A program made the translations under genes and the position numbers. The notes under the pieces are model-generated. The model did not search any database, was not told where the DNA came from, and saw nothing but the letters and a program-made list of their open reading frames with translations. A stretch of 64,000 bases of DNA from Bugula neritina (lineage: Eukaryota > Animalia > Bryozoa), in contig OZ037765.1 of assembly GCA_964035545.1 (NCBI GenBank), positions 11,542,698-11,606,697 of the forward strand. Direction: 5' to 3'. Every line of letters starts with the position of its first letter. Position 1 is the stretch's first letter. Shown here piece by piece: positions 12,226 through 23,928 of the stretch.

Positions 12226-15200
12226 ATGTCTTTGAATATTTGGGGACTGGTTTCTGTTATAATATTCTATCTCATCATCTTAATTCTGGGCATCATTGCT
12301 GGAAGGAGAGCTAAACATTCTGAAAGCAATGCTAACAGCGAAGAAGTCATGCTTGCTGGTAGAAACATTGGAAAGGTATAAAATATACTACTAACCATTG
12401 GCACAAAATATTTTATTTATCTCATGCAGCATATATTCCTATTCAGAATAGGATACAAGTTTTTATTGATATGTCAGAAAAAATTTTCTCTCAAGATTAA
12501 AGATGATTAAGTTGTTTTTTCTCCAAATTCTGATCAGTCAGCAAACCCAAGATATATATTTGACCAACATGATAAATTATATATTGCATTTAGTCATCAG
12601 TTAATCACTGTTTTACTCAACAAACCTTGAAAAGTTTATACTGCCTATGAGAGAGTGTGATATGCATCATACCATAAATCTGAACAATCTGAAACTCTTC
12701 ACCATGAGATACAGTAGAAAAAAAATGTGATTCATAGATTGCTATATTTATCATAAAAAAGCAAAATAATTATAAACCGTGGTATCGGAATGTTGACTAG
12801 TTGAGTTTTACAACAGAACAAATTTGAAATATTGACTTAAACTTATGTTGATTCTAGCACTAAGGATATAAAAGAATCTTTTTCAAAGTTTTTAAGTTAT
12901 ATTGTGGTAAAATTGTGTATAGTATAACTGATGCTTGTATTCCCTTACTATTATTAACTTCATTCCCATGGAATGCGTGTTTTCCTAGATATATATAATT
13001 TACATAGCCATAGTACTGTAACAGCTAAGTGTTATGTTGGCAATGATGGGATTGGCTATTATTCCCAGCTACTTATTATTACTGCCATGACTGAATTAGC
13101 TATTGTTTCTGGCGGCTCCCAGGAACACTTACATAATCAAGATGACCGGGATTTCCCTGCGAAGTTCGCTCGATTCGAGCGAAACCTTTGTTATGGCCCT
13201 GCGAATCCCCTGCGATTCGAGCGAATTTCCTCGAATTCGCATGGAACATTCTAGTTGGACTGTTTCCCAACATATAAAAGGAGGCCCTCATCTCAGTAGA
13301 TTCAGTCTACAGCCAGCAGCACAACAGGACACATCTCGGAGCTACCAAGCCAGGACACTTATATATTTAATTAATTATCTTATACCTTGATTAACAGTTA
13401 CTAGTAAGTTTTCCACACGATGTAAGGAGTTGTCCTCCCTAACTTTCTATTTTTGGATTTATGTATTGTGGAGTGAAATAAAGGGATAGTGAGTATCAAA
13501 TTTCTTATTTATTTGTGCATAAATACCCCCCTACAAAGAGTCACTGTGTTCTAAGTACTCTCACAAAGAGTCACTGTGTTCTATCAGCTAACAACCCACA
13601 CCAATAATTGCATGCAGCGAATTATAACATTCCACGCATAAAATTATTACACTGGTGGCAGCGGTGGGATCATCGTCTGGTACAGACTAAGCTGATGCTC
13701 CCCTACGAGGAGAGACAACAATGGATCCATTGAGGCCAGCTCCAGAGCTCGGGCCTGATGATGAACCAGCAGGGGGACGCTTCACCATAGAGACATTGAT
13801 TCGGACCCTCTGGGAAGACAGGGCAGCTGCACAGGCTCCACCTGGTGACAGGTTTCGCCTTAAAGCGCCAGTTTTCGGCGGTGAGGGAAATGTAGAGCAA
13901 TTTCTACAAGAATTCCACGAGGTGGCCGTGGCCTCCCAGTGGCCGGCCCAGGTGGAATTACTGCAACTACGGTCCTGCTTGACAGGTCGAGCCAAACCCT
14001 ATGCGGTGGGCCCGAGTAGGGATCATATCATCGAGGCTCTACGCGGCCGCTTCGGACTTACCAACCGGGACGCGAGAGCCCGCCTGCAAGGACTCCGACG
14101 AGATCCTAGGGTCTCACTACAGGATCACGCCAACAAAGTGGAGCAGCTAGTCCAGGTAGCCTACGGTAACATAGACCTGGAGTCACGCCAGGCCATCACA
14201 TTTGATATCTTCCTGCAATCGCTCAATGACCTGAGCCTGCAACGGTATCTCTTGGCAGCCGGGGTCGACACCATTGAGGCTGCTCTGACCAGAGGAAAGG
14301 CGTACTACCAGATCGGCAGGAGTCAGGACTGTGACAGCAGTGCCCGACAAGTCGAGTCAGACTGGGGAGAGGCTGCCGAAGACATTCGGCCGATGCCTCA
14401 AGTAGCGGCCGCCGCCACTACACCACCAACCCCACCCGAAAACTCCATGGTATTGGAAGTGGTGGACAACTTGCAAGGAGAGATTGCAACACTGCGACGG
14501 GCCCAAAATATTGACAGACCGGATCGGTCATACGGTAGTCAGCCCAACAAGGACGCTCAGTTAGAGCCTAGGGTAGCAGCTACTGCAACTACCCCATCAA
14601 TCTCAGCCGAAGTCTCCATGGTACTGGAGGTGGTGCGAGATCTACAGGCCGAAGTTAAGGCCCTGAGACGGGCCCAAACTACTAGCCGGCCAAATCAGCC
14701 ACGTAGTAGTCGCCCCGAAGGGTCTTCTCTCGCGTGTTGGAAGTGTGGGACAACAGGTCATGTGCAACGAGACTGTCCCCAAGGACGCAGCGGTCCGTTA
14801 AACACCCGAGGCCTGCGGTAATCCCCACCACCCGCAGGCCGAGTCTCCAGACTCACCCGAGGAGGGTTTACTCTGCACCCAGGGAGGCGCAGACGAAACC
14901 CCCCTCATCCGAATGGCAAGCTCCCCGGAGAACTTGGAGGCCGAAAGGCCTGCCCGAACCTCCAGCTTGGCCACTCAACAACCGGTTCGCGGGGTTACCC
15001 GAGGAGGTTGTGGAGGAGGATACTGATCCCGACCGGGATTTCCCTGCGAAGTTCGCTCGATTCGAGCGAAACCTTTGTTATGGCCCTGCGAATCCCCTGC
15101 GATTCGAGCGATTCGAGCGAATTCCCTCGAATTCGCATGGAACATTCTAGTTGGACTGTTTCCCAACATATAAAAGGAGGCCCTCATCTCAGTAGATTCA

Positions 15201-18200
15201 GTCTACAGCCAGCAGCACAACAGGACACATCTCGGAGCTACCAAGCCAGGACACTTATATATTTAATTAATTGTCTTATACCTTGATTAACAGTTACTAG
15301 TAAGTTTTCCACACGATGTAAGGAGTTGTCCTCCCTAACTTTCTATTTTTGGATTTATGTATTGTGGAGTGAAATAAAGGGATAGTGAGTATCAAATTTC
15401 TTATTTATTTGTGCATAAATACCCCCCTACAAAGAGTCACTGTGTTCTAAGTACTCTCACAAAGAGTCACTGTGTTCTATCAGCTAACAACCCACACCAA
15501 TAATTGCATGCAGCGAATTATAACATTCCACGCATAAAATTATTACAATATACAATGCAAGTGGGTGCAAATGGTTTGACAAATCAAGTGATTATAAACA
15601 AATTTGTTGTACAATAATAATGATTACATTTATAAACAATATTGTAGCACTGGCAGTTGTATGATAAATAAACTGTTATGGAATGTTCGAATAAAACTAG
15701 TGATCACTGAAGTTAGAAGCATTTAAATGAGTTAATTGCGTGAAAACAGACACATAAAAACAAAAAGCTAGAACTCTAAAATGCTTGTCCTGTGCACTAC
15801 ATAAAGTAAAAAAAGCTTCATTTTCCCTACAAAATTTTCTAAACTATTTTTCTCTCCTATACACATATATTATTAGTTTAATCGTTCGCTAACTAACTTT
15901 TAGTTTCCTTTCCGTCACAAAATCGTATATATTACATATAATAGACAGTATTCACAAATGCAAGCTAATGCATCATATGATATAAGGCTCAAGCCAGTTG
16001 CGAGTCTTACATAAGGAAAGCAACTATGGTTTGGGCGCTCAGTCACAAAAATACTGGAGCTGAGCAGAAAAGGAAAACCACTGAGTTTCCAAGCTTCACA
16101 TTATAAATTATGGACTTTTCATTCGGTGTTTAAAAACAGTTTCATCGAATGGAACCACAACCAAAGTTCATCCATACGAGCAGTGAATATCTATGTACAG
16201 CAGCTGTTTTGGGACTTTTTCCCTCGTCAGCATAGATTGCCCATCATTGTAATGTATGCAAACAGGTGTTTCCACCAAAGTCCAAAGGATATTCAAAAGT
16301 CTACAATTTAGTTATATGGTAAATTTTATGGCATTCTTAAAATTAATTTTAAGATCCTTTATAAAAAACGATCAAACTTGAAAAACTCCTATTAACTATA
16401 ATTCGTCATTGGATGCTCAGTCTTAGCCAATATAAAAAAACTCTAATTTTTGTTAGCTTGCTTATTTCCTGATGGAAAGAAATTAACTTTGGTGAATTTC
16501 ATCTATAGATCTTTTATCAAAGAGGAAAGTTTGTTGAAGCATGTGCCATCAATCACAGACTTAATGGACCTTGCATATTATCAATTTAGTTCCTTTTACA
16601 AGCAGTATACCTTAATTTCAATTTTAATGAATATAATTTATGCTAGGTAAAAAATGGTGTTCTCTTATGTGTAAATAATTTAAGATTTTAAACCTATTTA
16701 TATAAATTATAAATAATGCTTAATTTTTTAAACTCATCAAGTTATAAGAGCTAAAACTGTTGTGGTCGTTTTACAGTAAGGATCCAAAGCACTAAAGAGT
16801 GTTAGAGAGGGCTTGTAAATGTGTTAAAGTCAGCCTGCATCTTTAGCACAGTAGTAAGGTTATTCTGGTTGTGAATTTATGAACATGACCATAATAGGGG
16901 TTACTATGCTTTCAAAAACAGGTTATATTCCTACACTTTCCATATGCTTTTCAGTGTTTTCTCTATGTGATGGAGAGAATAACAAGTCTGCAGTGAGATG
17001 CAAACAATTTGGCACTAAGTCACATCGTTGTGTGAACTGAGCCCTTATGTGTTTCACTAAGGTCGGCCTGAGAATCTGTCTAACATATGTTAGTATGTTT
17101 AGTCAGTGAAAAGCAGCCAATTTAACAATAATTTTATTTGTCAAATTTATATTCTAAAGGGGAATACAATAAATAATATATATCTTTTTTAAAAAAGTTG
17201 CACTGGTACAAGAATCACATGCCATTATTATCATCTTTCATAATTTTATTATATATAAACAATAATATAATTGATAAAAAATCACAAAGACATATTATGA
17301 ATAGTTACAAATTTTAGCATACACTATAAAATAATCTGTTTACAGAAAACTTTATCATGCACACAGACACACCGACTCACCGACTCACCGACACACCGAC
17401 ACACCGACACACCGACACACCGACACACCGACACACCGACACACCGACACACCGACACACCGACACACCGACACACCGACACACCGACACATCGACACAC
17501 ACACAGACACAGACACACAACGTCAAAGCCCCAAAGCCATTGCAAAGCCAATGATAAAATCCAACTTAAATGATTTGTTAGACTAGTGATTGTTGGAGTG
17601 GTTTAAAAAGTAAATTGCTGTTTCCCTTTTCAAATTAGTAGTTTTTTGTGGGTAACATTCAAAAAAAGTATATCTTGGTTTAATTCGTTGACTCTCTAAC
17701 AGTGGCCAGATAGCATCAAAAACTGTAAAATCAATGGATGCAGAAAAAATTTGCTGTGACCTATTTCTATGATTGAAGCCATGTAGCTTCACAGCCATCT
17801 CAATGCACGGAATGAGAAAAAAGTCACAAGAAAGTATATTCTCTGGTCGAACAGCTCAGCTAATATAACTATGCTTCTCTATATTTGCAGTTTGTTGGTG
17901 TATTCACTATGACAGCCACGTGGGTTGGAGGTGGTTACATCAATGGAACCTCTGAAATGGTTTATTCTGCTAAAAGAGGAGATGGTTCTGGTTTAGTTTG
18001 GGTTCAAGCACCAGTTGGATTTGCTCTCAGCTTGGTTGTAGGTAAGCTTCCTATGAGTGAGTAAATAATCCATTTAGCAGACATGTGGTTCATGATACAC
18101 AATTATCACCTTACGAAACTAAGATCAAATTTATCTATTTATTTGCTATTATCATAGACTTGACTCTTTTTAAGATGAACTTGTAGAAGATGCTCAAACT

Positions 18201-21200
18201 AATGAGTTTAAATTTCAAACCATTGTAATTGTAGTCACTTGTGCTTTTTATGGTTTCTGTTTTTGGAATAATCTGGTTTTGGTTAAGGTTTTAAACAAGC
18301 CAAGTCAAGTAATTATTACTGGATGGCATTCTTGGCTCTTCCAGGATTAGAATTCATGACCTTGAAAACACTCTAACCACCAGACTGTGGCTGTGCTATC
18401 TATGTTTCTATGCACACTGTTCTCATATCAAATAGGCTACTACCAACAAGTCTTGACGTCAAGCAAATCCAACCAAAGCTTAAAACTCAATTGCTTGTTC
18501 AGTTAGTTCCTTTAAATAGAGAATTAATGTTTACTAATGATCACTACTTGCAACCACTTTGACTTGGCATAATTCTTATTTATAGAATAACTTGAAAAAC
18601 TACACATCAATGCAACCCTGCTAGGCATGTAATTATTTTTCCCATTACTCAAAGGTAAGCAGGAAAGTTCTAAAGTTTACATTTAACAACAGTAACTCAA
18701 TAATATATAGATAAGAGCCAAGTAATTAGTAATGTTACAAGAATGTGGCTTATAAATTTGACAAGTTACTCATTAATATGTATATTTTCTTTGAGTGGTT
18801 GTAAAAATAAGCCATGTGCTAGTTTTAATTGGTTTTGCTACATTAAAGACAAACCTACTAGAAATATCTTCTATGACATTGTTGAAGAATATCAATAATA
18901 TATTTGGCAGTTTTATCGAGGTAAGGGAAGTCATGAAGAAATTGAGAAAAGCCTGTGTTCTAGATTAGAAATGTAGCAAAAGAAGTGATGTTCTCACAAG
19001 AATTTTGACCCGCCACAAACCAAAATTTAATAATAAGATTTAAGAACTTATGATATCTCAGTTTCTCCACTACTACTCTTGAATGGTTTTAGCGTTGGCC
19101 AAGGTCCAAAAAATGACAAGCTTAGTATATTAGATACTCCAGCTGGGTAATGGTTAATGGTTTATGGTAATAATAATGGTAATGGCTCAGAACTCCAAAG
19201 CTAAAACTGCAACATAGTCTGGCAGTATCTAGAGAAGTAATCTTTCAAACACATTTTAGTTACACATGCTTTAATATAACAGCTTTATATAAATAATCAA
19301 CTCTTAAAACTATGTTGTTTGAATAGAAACTTATTTACAATGCTGTTTTTATCAAAATAAACTTCCTGTTACATAATTAGGTGAGACAAAAAGTATTAGC
19401 CACTAAAAACAACATAATCATATAATTATTATACAAGGCGAAACTCAAAGAATACAGCAGTGCATATTATATGATAATCATATTATATAATGATTGTCAT
19501 ATTATATTATTACATTATTATAAGGTTACCATACTATTGCAGGCCGTCATATTATATGATTATGTATAATATATTACTCATATTGTTACGCCTGACAATG
19601 TACTAAATACATTTTTATTGACAGGAGGGCTGTTTTATGCAAAGAAGATGAGGAGTGCTGGATATGTAACCATGATAGACCCACTCTCTCAGAAATTTGG
19701 AAGCATAATGGGTGGATTGTTGGTGCTGCCTGCACTATGTGGAGAAATCTTTTGGAGTGCATCTATTCTATCAGCTTTAGGTAAATACACACACAGCTTA
19801 AAATAATGAGTTTTAAACATGGTTTTTCCTGTTAATTCAGTTGTATTAAATAATTATAATAATCACAGTGATAAAATAAAGATAACAACAAAATGAATAA
19901 TAATAGTGAGAGTAAGTAACTTCCTAAATTGCGGTGCAGCCTTAAATTCTATCATACTTCAGGCTCATCTCTGGCTGTGATTGTTGGCATACAAACCTGG
20001 ATTTCTATAATAATATCAGCTGCAATAGCCCTGATGTATACAGTGATGGGAGGACTCTACTCTGTAGCCTACACTGATATTATACAGTTAGCTTTCATTT
20101 TTATTGGGCTGGTGAGTTGATTTTTAATTTGAAAATTTAGTTTTTTGCATATAATATTAAAACTGGAACAGAAGCTACACTCTCATACAAGTTTAGGTAA
20201 CTTTTCCTTTGTTGGGAACTTTTATTGCTTAATGTGATATGCTGTGTTCTGGGTGCTAAATGTTACATAGTAAATTTACCCCAAGAGATATTTCTATGCA
20301 AGCCCAATCAAGAGTTATATTATATTGTATTATCTTGTGTTATGTTATATTATACAATATTATATACTTATTTTAAAAAATATTAGTTGTAGCACGAAAA
20401 AACTTGCTGTTTATCTGCAGTGAGAGTTTAATAATATAGAAACCTGTTGTAGGTAGTAGCAACACCTTTCACGTTAACAAACAAGGCTGTGACTTCTATA
20501 ACTATGACAGCATCTGAAGAAGGGGGTGGCTGGTTGGGTTATGTTAACGGTGTAGGATGGGGCCTGTATATAGACTTCGCATTGCTTCTCATATTTGGTG
20601 GCATTCCTTGGCAGGTTTGAATATTTTTTCTTTTTTTTATTATATTGGAAAGTTTAAACCACTTGCAACTGTTTGAAACTTTGACCACTAAAATAGTGCA
20701 ACAACAACAACAGCAACAACAACAACAACAACAATGCTGTCTTATTTATTTAGGATAAGTTTAGATTTTAAAATAAACATCTTTACCCCAATCGTGAGAC
20801 AGGATTATGTAGTTGAAAAATACTTGGTTGATTTGTTATTTTGATTAATTTCTAATTTTCATTAATTATAATTAAGTAATTTCATTATTCTGAGGTATAA
20901 GAAATGCAAGTCAAAGCGGTAGCAGCTTTTTAAGTATTCCTATATTTTATTTAAGCTGTTTGTTAACAGACTAGGTAGTCCAAATCTCTGGGAGGGAACC
21001 TTGAAGCTTGGTGGTATTTGCATAATGTGTGCTCAAGCGTGTAAAAATACTTACTAAAAATAGTGCTATGCCAAAAATGCAAGTTTGCATATATATTACT
21101 TCTCTATAAAGATTAAGCATGTTAGCAGATGCTTATTACTAGCTCTGTTACAACCACAGAGTGTATAACAATCATAAAGCCTGTGTATGCAGTACAAATA

Positions 21201-23451
21201 ATAATTATAATAGTAGTAATAATAACCTGAATGTATTATTTTGTCACAAAAACTAACTTTGGATTATTTCAGGTATACTTCCAGAGAGTGTTGGCAAGTA
21301 AAACGGCAGAAGGTGCTCAGCTTCTTTCCTTTTTAGGGGCAGTTGGGTGCATAATTATGGCCATCCCTCCAGCTCTTATTGGCGCAGCTGGTTATTCCAC
21401 AGGTTAGAGTTGGTATATTGCCATTATATTATCTATTGAAAGCTAGTAGTGGGTATGAGCAGCTTGAACATTTCACCAACTTGAACTTTGACTTTGCTCT
21501 CACACCGTTGATAGTAAGAGTCAGGGCTTCTAATAGTAACTGTGACTTTCCAACAAATGCATAGGGTCCACTAGCATCAGCTTGCTTCAGTGAAGCAAAG
21601 CATCTTCTGCAAAGCATAATTGTGCAGATGAAAAAGACCTTTGGCACCCTACGTAGCAATGTGAACTCATATCATAAATATCTTTTATTTTATATATTTA
21701 TAATGTTGAACTAAAGTAAGCTGTCTCAGGTGGTTACTAAACTTATGGGAATTCTGATCTTTCAATGTAACATGTCAGTCTTAAACAATGCTGGTGTAGC
21801 TGCTAAAATATATACCAAGTATAAATTTCTTTTATTTCAGACTATGAGATAGTCTATTTAAAGATGCTAATGAACTTTTTACTTTAAATTTTCTTTTTAC
21901 CGACATAATATTAAAGATAACTATCAAATGAAATTATTTCGTTGTAATAACTTCTGCAGATTGGAACCTGACAGATTATGCCAGTGAGCTAAATGAAAAT
22001 GGCGATATAGATGACTATAGGTTGATTCTACCTTTAGCGCTACAGTACCTTACACCACCTGTTGTGGCAGTCATTGGACTAGGAGCTGTTTCAGCAGCTG
22101 TCATGTCATCAGCTGATTCTAGCATGCTCAGTTCTAGCTCAATGTTTGCTAGAAATATTTGGAAAATGATTTTTCGGCCTAGAGTGAGTCCATGGTCAAC
22201 TAGTAGGTCACCTTATATTACAAAACTGTTGGTTAAAATACTAAATTGTCAATCATTAGTATAATATTATGGCAGCCATCTAGGTGGGAAAATAGTATAC
22301 AAGTGCAATACACCGTTCATATTGCTACTTTGAAGGAATTTGTATGGCTAAAACATCTTGAAAGTGTGTGTTTTTGTCACAGGCCAGTGAGAGAGAGATA
22401 GTGTGGGTTATGCGAGGAGCCCAGCTTGTGTTTTGCATCATAGCAACGACCATGGCAATATATATCAAATCCATTTATGGCTTATTTGTGCTTTGCGCTG
22501 ACTTTGTATATGTGGTACTGTTTCCACAGCTGACACTGGTACTCTATGTGCCTTGGATTAACACATACGGAGCAGCATTAGGTATGACCTCATTGCACTT
22601 TCTATTCTCAAGCTCTAATAATTTCATTATAAAATTAACTCTGTGCATACAGGATATAAACAAAATTCCTTAAAACTGCTGAACTTTATATTGACTGATC
22701 ATAGAAAACAAGTAGTTTGCCTAGAAACCCCAGGCACTGTCTCCTGGTGTAGCTATTATAATAATTAATTAAAGATTGTATAGTGTAGGTGGTAAATATC
22801 ATTAATAAAAGCACAGTATGATAGCATCATGAAATATCTAATAATAATACAAGGAATATAGTAGCCATCAAGTCTTACAACACACATGTATTAAATGTTG
22901 AATTATACAACACTTCACATTACAATTACCTGCTAAATGTTTAAAATATCCTTTGCCTACTTGGCCATCATTTCAACTAGAGTAATATATAAGTTCATTT
23001 ATTGGTTGTTATCGAAGAAATAAAGTAAAATATCCAATTCATGTATTGGGTATATTATTTTTGCGGAATGAAACCTATGAAGATTGTTATAACTACAGCT
23101 ATGAGGAAGTTGCATTATTTTGGTGTACTTGCAGGTTTTTTTAGCAGCTTGCTACTGAGATTGCTGGGAGGAGAGTATTACTTGTCATTTCCAGCAGTTA
23201 TTGCTTGGCCTTGGTATGACAGAGAAAGCAACCTGCAGCACTTCCCATTCAGAACACTGTGTATGTTGATTGGACTGCTGGTGAATGTGGCAGTTTCCTA
23301 TTTGCTACACTGGCTTTTCACTAGTGGAAGACTGCCAGACAACTACGATGTGCTAAACGCTGTGGTAAATGATTGCAATGATGATCTTGCAAATACACAT
23401 CACATGGGAGAAAATGGAATAGACAACTATGCAATGGAAACACAATCGTGA
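12226..23451 (+). CDS. SLC5A7: High-affinity choline transporter 1 (SSS family), 9 coding exons, about 545 aa
   Basis: Exons 12226-12375, 17891-18041, 19625-19780, 19963-20111, 20453-20614, 21273-21402, 21960-22183, 22383-22581, 23135-23451 (1638 nt, phases consistent). CHT1 motifs: [84 protein letters not shown]. Confidence 0.95.
12903..13651 (+). repeat. 5' LTR (749 bp)
   Basis: Ends ...ATTATTACA just before the PBS. 13144-13651 is repeated at 15031-15547. The 5' boundary is inferred from TG plus the matching ATAT TSD. Contains AATAAA (13477-13482) and a 21-bp internal duplication ACAAAGAGTCACTGTGTTCTA. Confidence 0.85.
13273..13307 (+). promoter_or_regulatory. LTR core promoter: TATA box and TCAGT initiator
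   Basis: TATAAAA at 13273-13279 and TCAGTC with its A at 13304 (31 nt spacing). The same module recurs in the 3' LTR at 15169/15200. Confidence 0.7.
13653..13670 (+). other. Primer-binding site complementary to tRNA-Leu
   Basis: TGGTGGCAGCGGTGGGAT is the 18-nt reverse complement of the metazoan tRNA-Leu(AAG/TAG) 3' end ...ATCCCACCGCTGCCA-CCA, and sits 1 nt after the LTR end. Confidence 0.9.
13721..14821 (+). CDS. gag: Retrotransposon Gag, 366 aa, intact
   Basis: Capsid-like region ([16 protein letters not shown]...W...LRSCLTGRA...LRGRFG...LQGLRR) and C-terminal zinc knuckle [14 protein letters not shown] (CX2CX4HX4C); GC-rich relative to host. Confidence 0.92.
   Translation: MDPLRPAPELGPDDEPAGGRFTIETLIRTLWEDRAAAQAPPGDRFRLKAPVFGGEGNVEQFLQEFHEVAVASQWPAQVELLQLRSCLTGRAKPYAVGPSRDHIIEALRGRFGLTNRDARARLQGLRRDPRVSLQDHANKVEQLVQVAYGNIDLESRQAITFDIFLQSLNDLSLQRYLLAAGVDTIEAALTRGKAYYQIGRSQDCDSSARQVESDWGEAAEDIRPMPQVAAAATTPPTPPENSMVLEVVDNLQGEIATLRRAQNIDRPDRSYGSQPNKDAQLEPRVAATATTPSISAEVSMVLEVVRDLQAEVKALRRAQTTSRPNQPRSSRPEGSSLACWKCGTTGHVQRDCPQGRSGPLNTRGLR
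14797..14840 (+). promoter_or_regulatory. -1 programmed ribosomal frameshift signal (gag-pol junction)
   Basis: Heptamer G_TTA_AAC (14797-14803) in the gag frame, 6-nt spacer, then a perfect 9-bp stem GGCCTGCGG (14810-14818) / CCGCAGGCC (14832-14840). The -1 frame is open to 15150. Confidence 0.75.
14803..15150 (+). pseudogene. Truncated pol-frame remnant fused to LTR sequence
   Basis: The -1 frame reads HPRPAVIP...[18 protein letters not shown] and runs into the 3' LTR at 15031 (DRDFP...GTF*). No D(S/T)G protease or RT motifs. Confidence 0.7.
15031..15547 (+). repeat. 3' LTR, 5'-truncated (517 bp)
   Basis: By eye matches 13144-13651 except for two substitutions and a 9-bp duplication (CGATTCGAG). 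Lacks the first 241 bp of the 5' LTR. Confidence 0.92.
17366..17518. repeat. (CCGACACA)n 8-bp tandem repeat in SLC5A7 intron 1
   Basis: About 14 near-perfect copies with CA-rich flanks. Confidence 0.95.
18929..19073. mobile_element. About 150-bp MITE, degraded copy
   Basis: Shares GAAATTGAGA.AAGCCTGTGTTCTAG.TTAG.AATGTAGCAAAAGAAGT...TATCTCA.TTTCTCCACTACT with 32201-32350. Confidence 0.7.
20701..20734. repeat. (CAA)n microsatellite
   Basis: Directly visible in an SLC5A7 intron. Confidence 0.85.
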
Positions 23452-23928
23452 CTTCTTCAAATATCTTTGCTGTAGTATTTGGTTATTAGGGCAATTCCAT
23501 TTTTCCTACTTAAATTTTATATGAAAAATGCATTAGGGGGCCTAAATATTAAAGTTATCTAGTACTAAGCATGTATATAAATAGTTGGAAGACTAAAATT
23601 AATTTTATGTGATTGACATATATTTTAAACCGAGCTCTGAAATAATGTGGATCACAGGATGGAGACTAGGATCTGGCTTTATTTTATTGGCTGGCTTTTA
23701 TACATCATTTATAAATGCATAATAAAATGCATGATAATCATTTAGACAAATGAAAAAAAAAAAATGTTCAGTAATAAACATTGGGATGGTCATCGTGTAA
23801 AATAAGAAACACTAAATAATACAATTCATGGTCTTCACACTAAATTCACGATAAAAATTTGAAAGAGTGAGTCAAAATGATATAAAAATAGGTGTAAATT
23901 TAGCCTATAAAATTGCCGACAGCAACAA

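Larger units (their letters stand above)
12903..15547 (+). mobile_element. Gypsy/Metaviridae-type LTR retrotransposon, internally deleted (gag only), in intron 1 of SLC5A7
   Basis: TG...CA termini (TGTGG at 12903, TTACA at 15547); 4-bp TSD ATAT at 12899-12902 and 15548-15551; direct repeats; tRNA-Leu PBS; CCHC gag; no protease/RT/RNaseH/integrase sequence. Confidence 0.92.

Noticed and set aside
12973-13390. Short ORFs in the LTRs (also 14975-15286)
   Set aside because: They lie in duplicated U3/R sequence, overlap in several frames and show no protein motifs.
15001-15020. Purine-rich run before the 3' LTR as a possible PPT
   Set aside because: It encodes EEVVEE, contains Ts, is 10 nt from the junction, and the adjoining LTR lacks its TG start. 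The real PPT was deleted.
17324-17554. ORFs with repeating CRCVGVSV / HTDTPTHR peptides
   Set aside because: They are translations of the intronic 8-bp CCGACACA tandem repeat. It has no spacers, so it is not a CRISPR array either.
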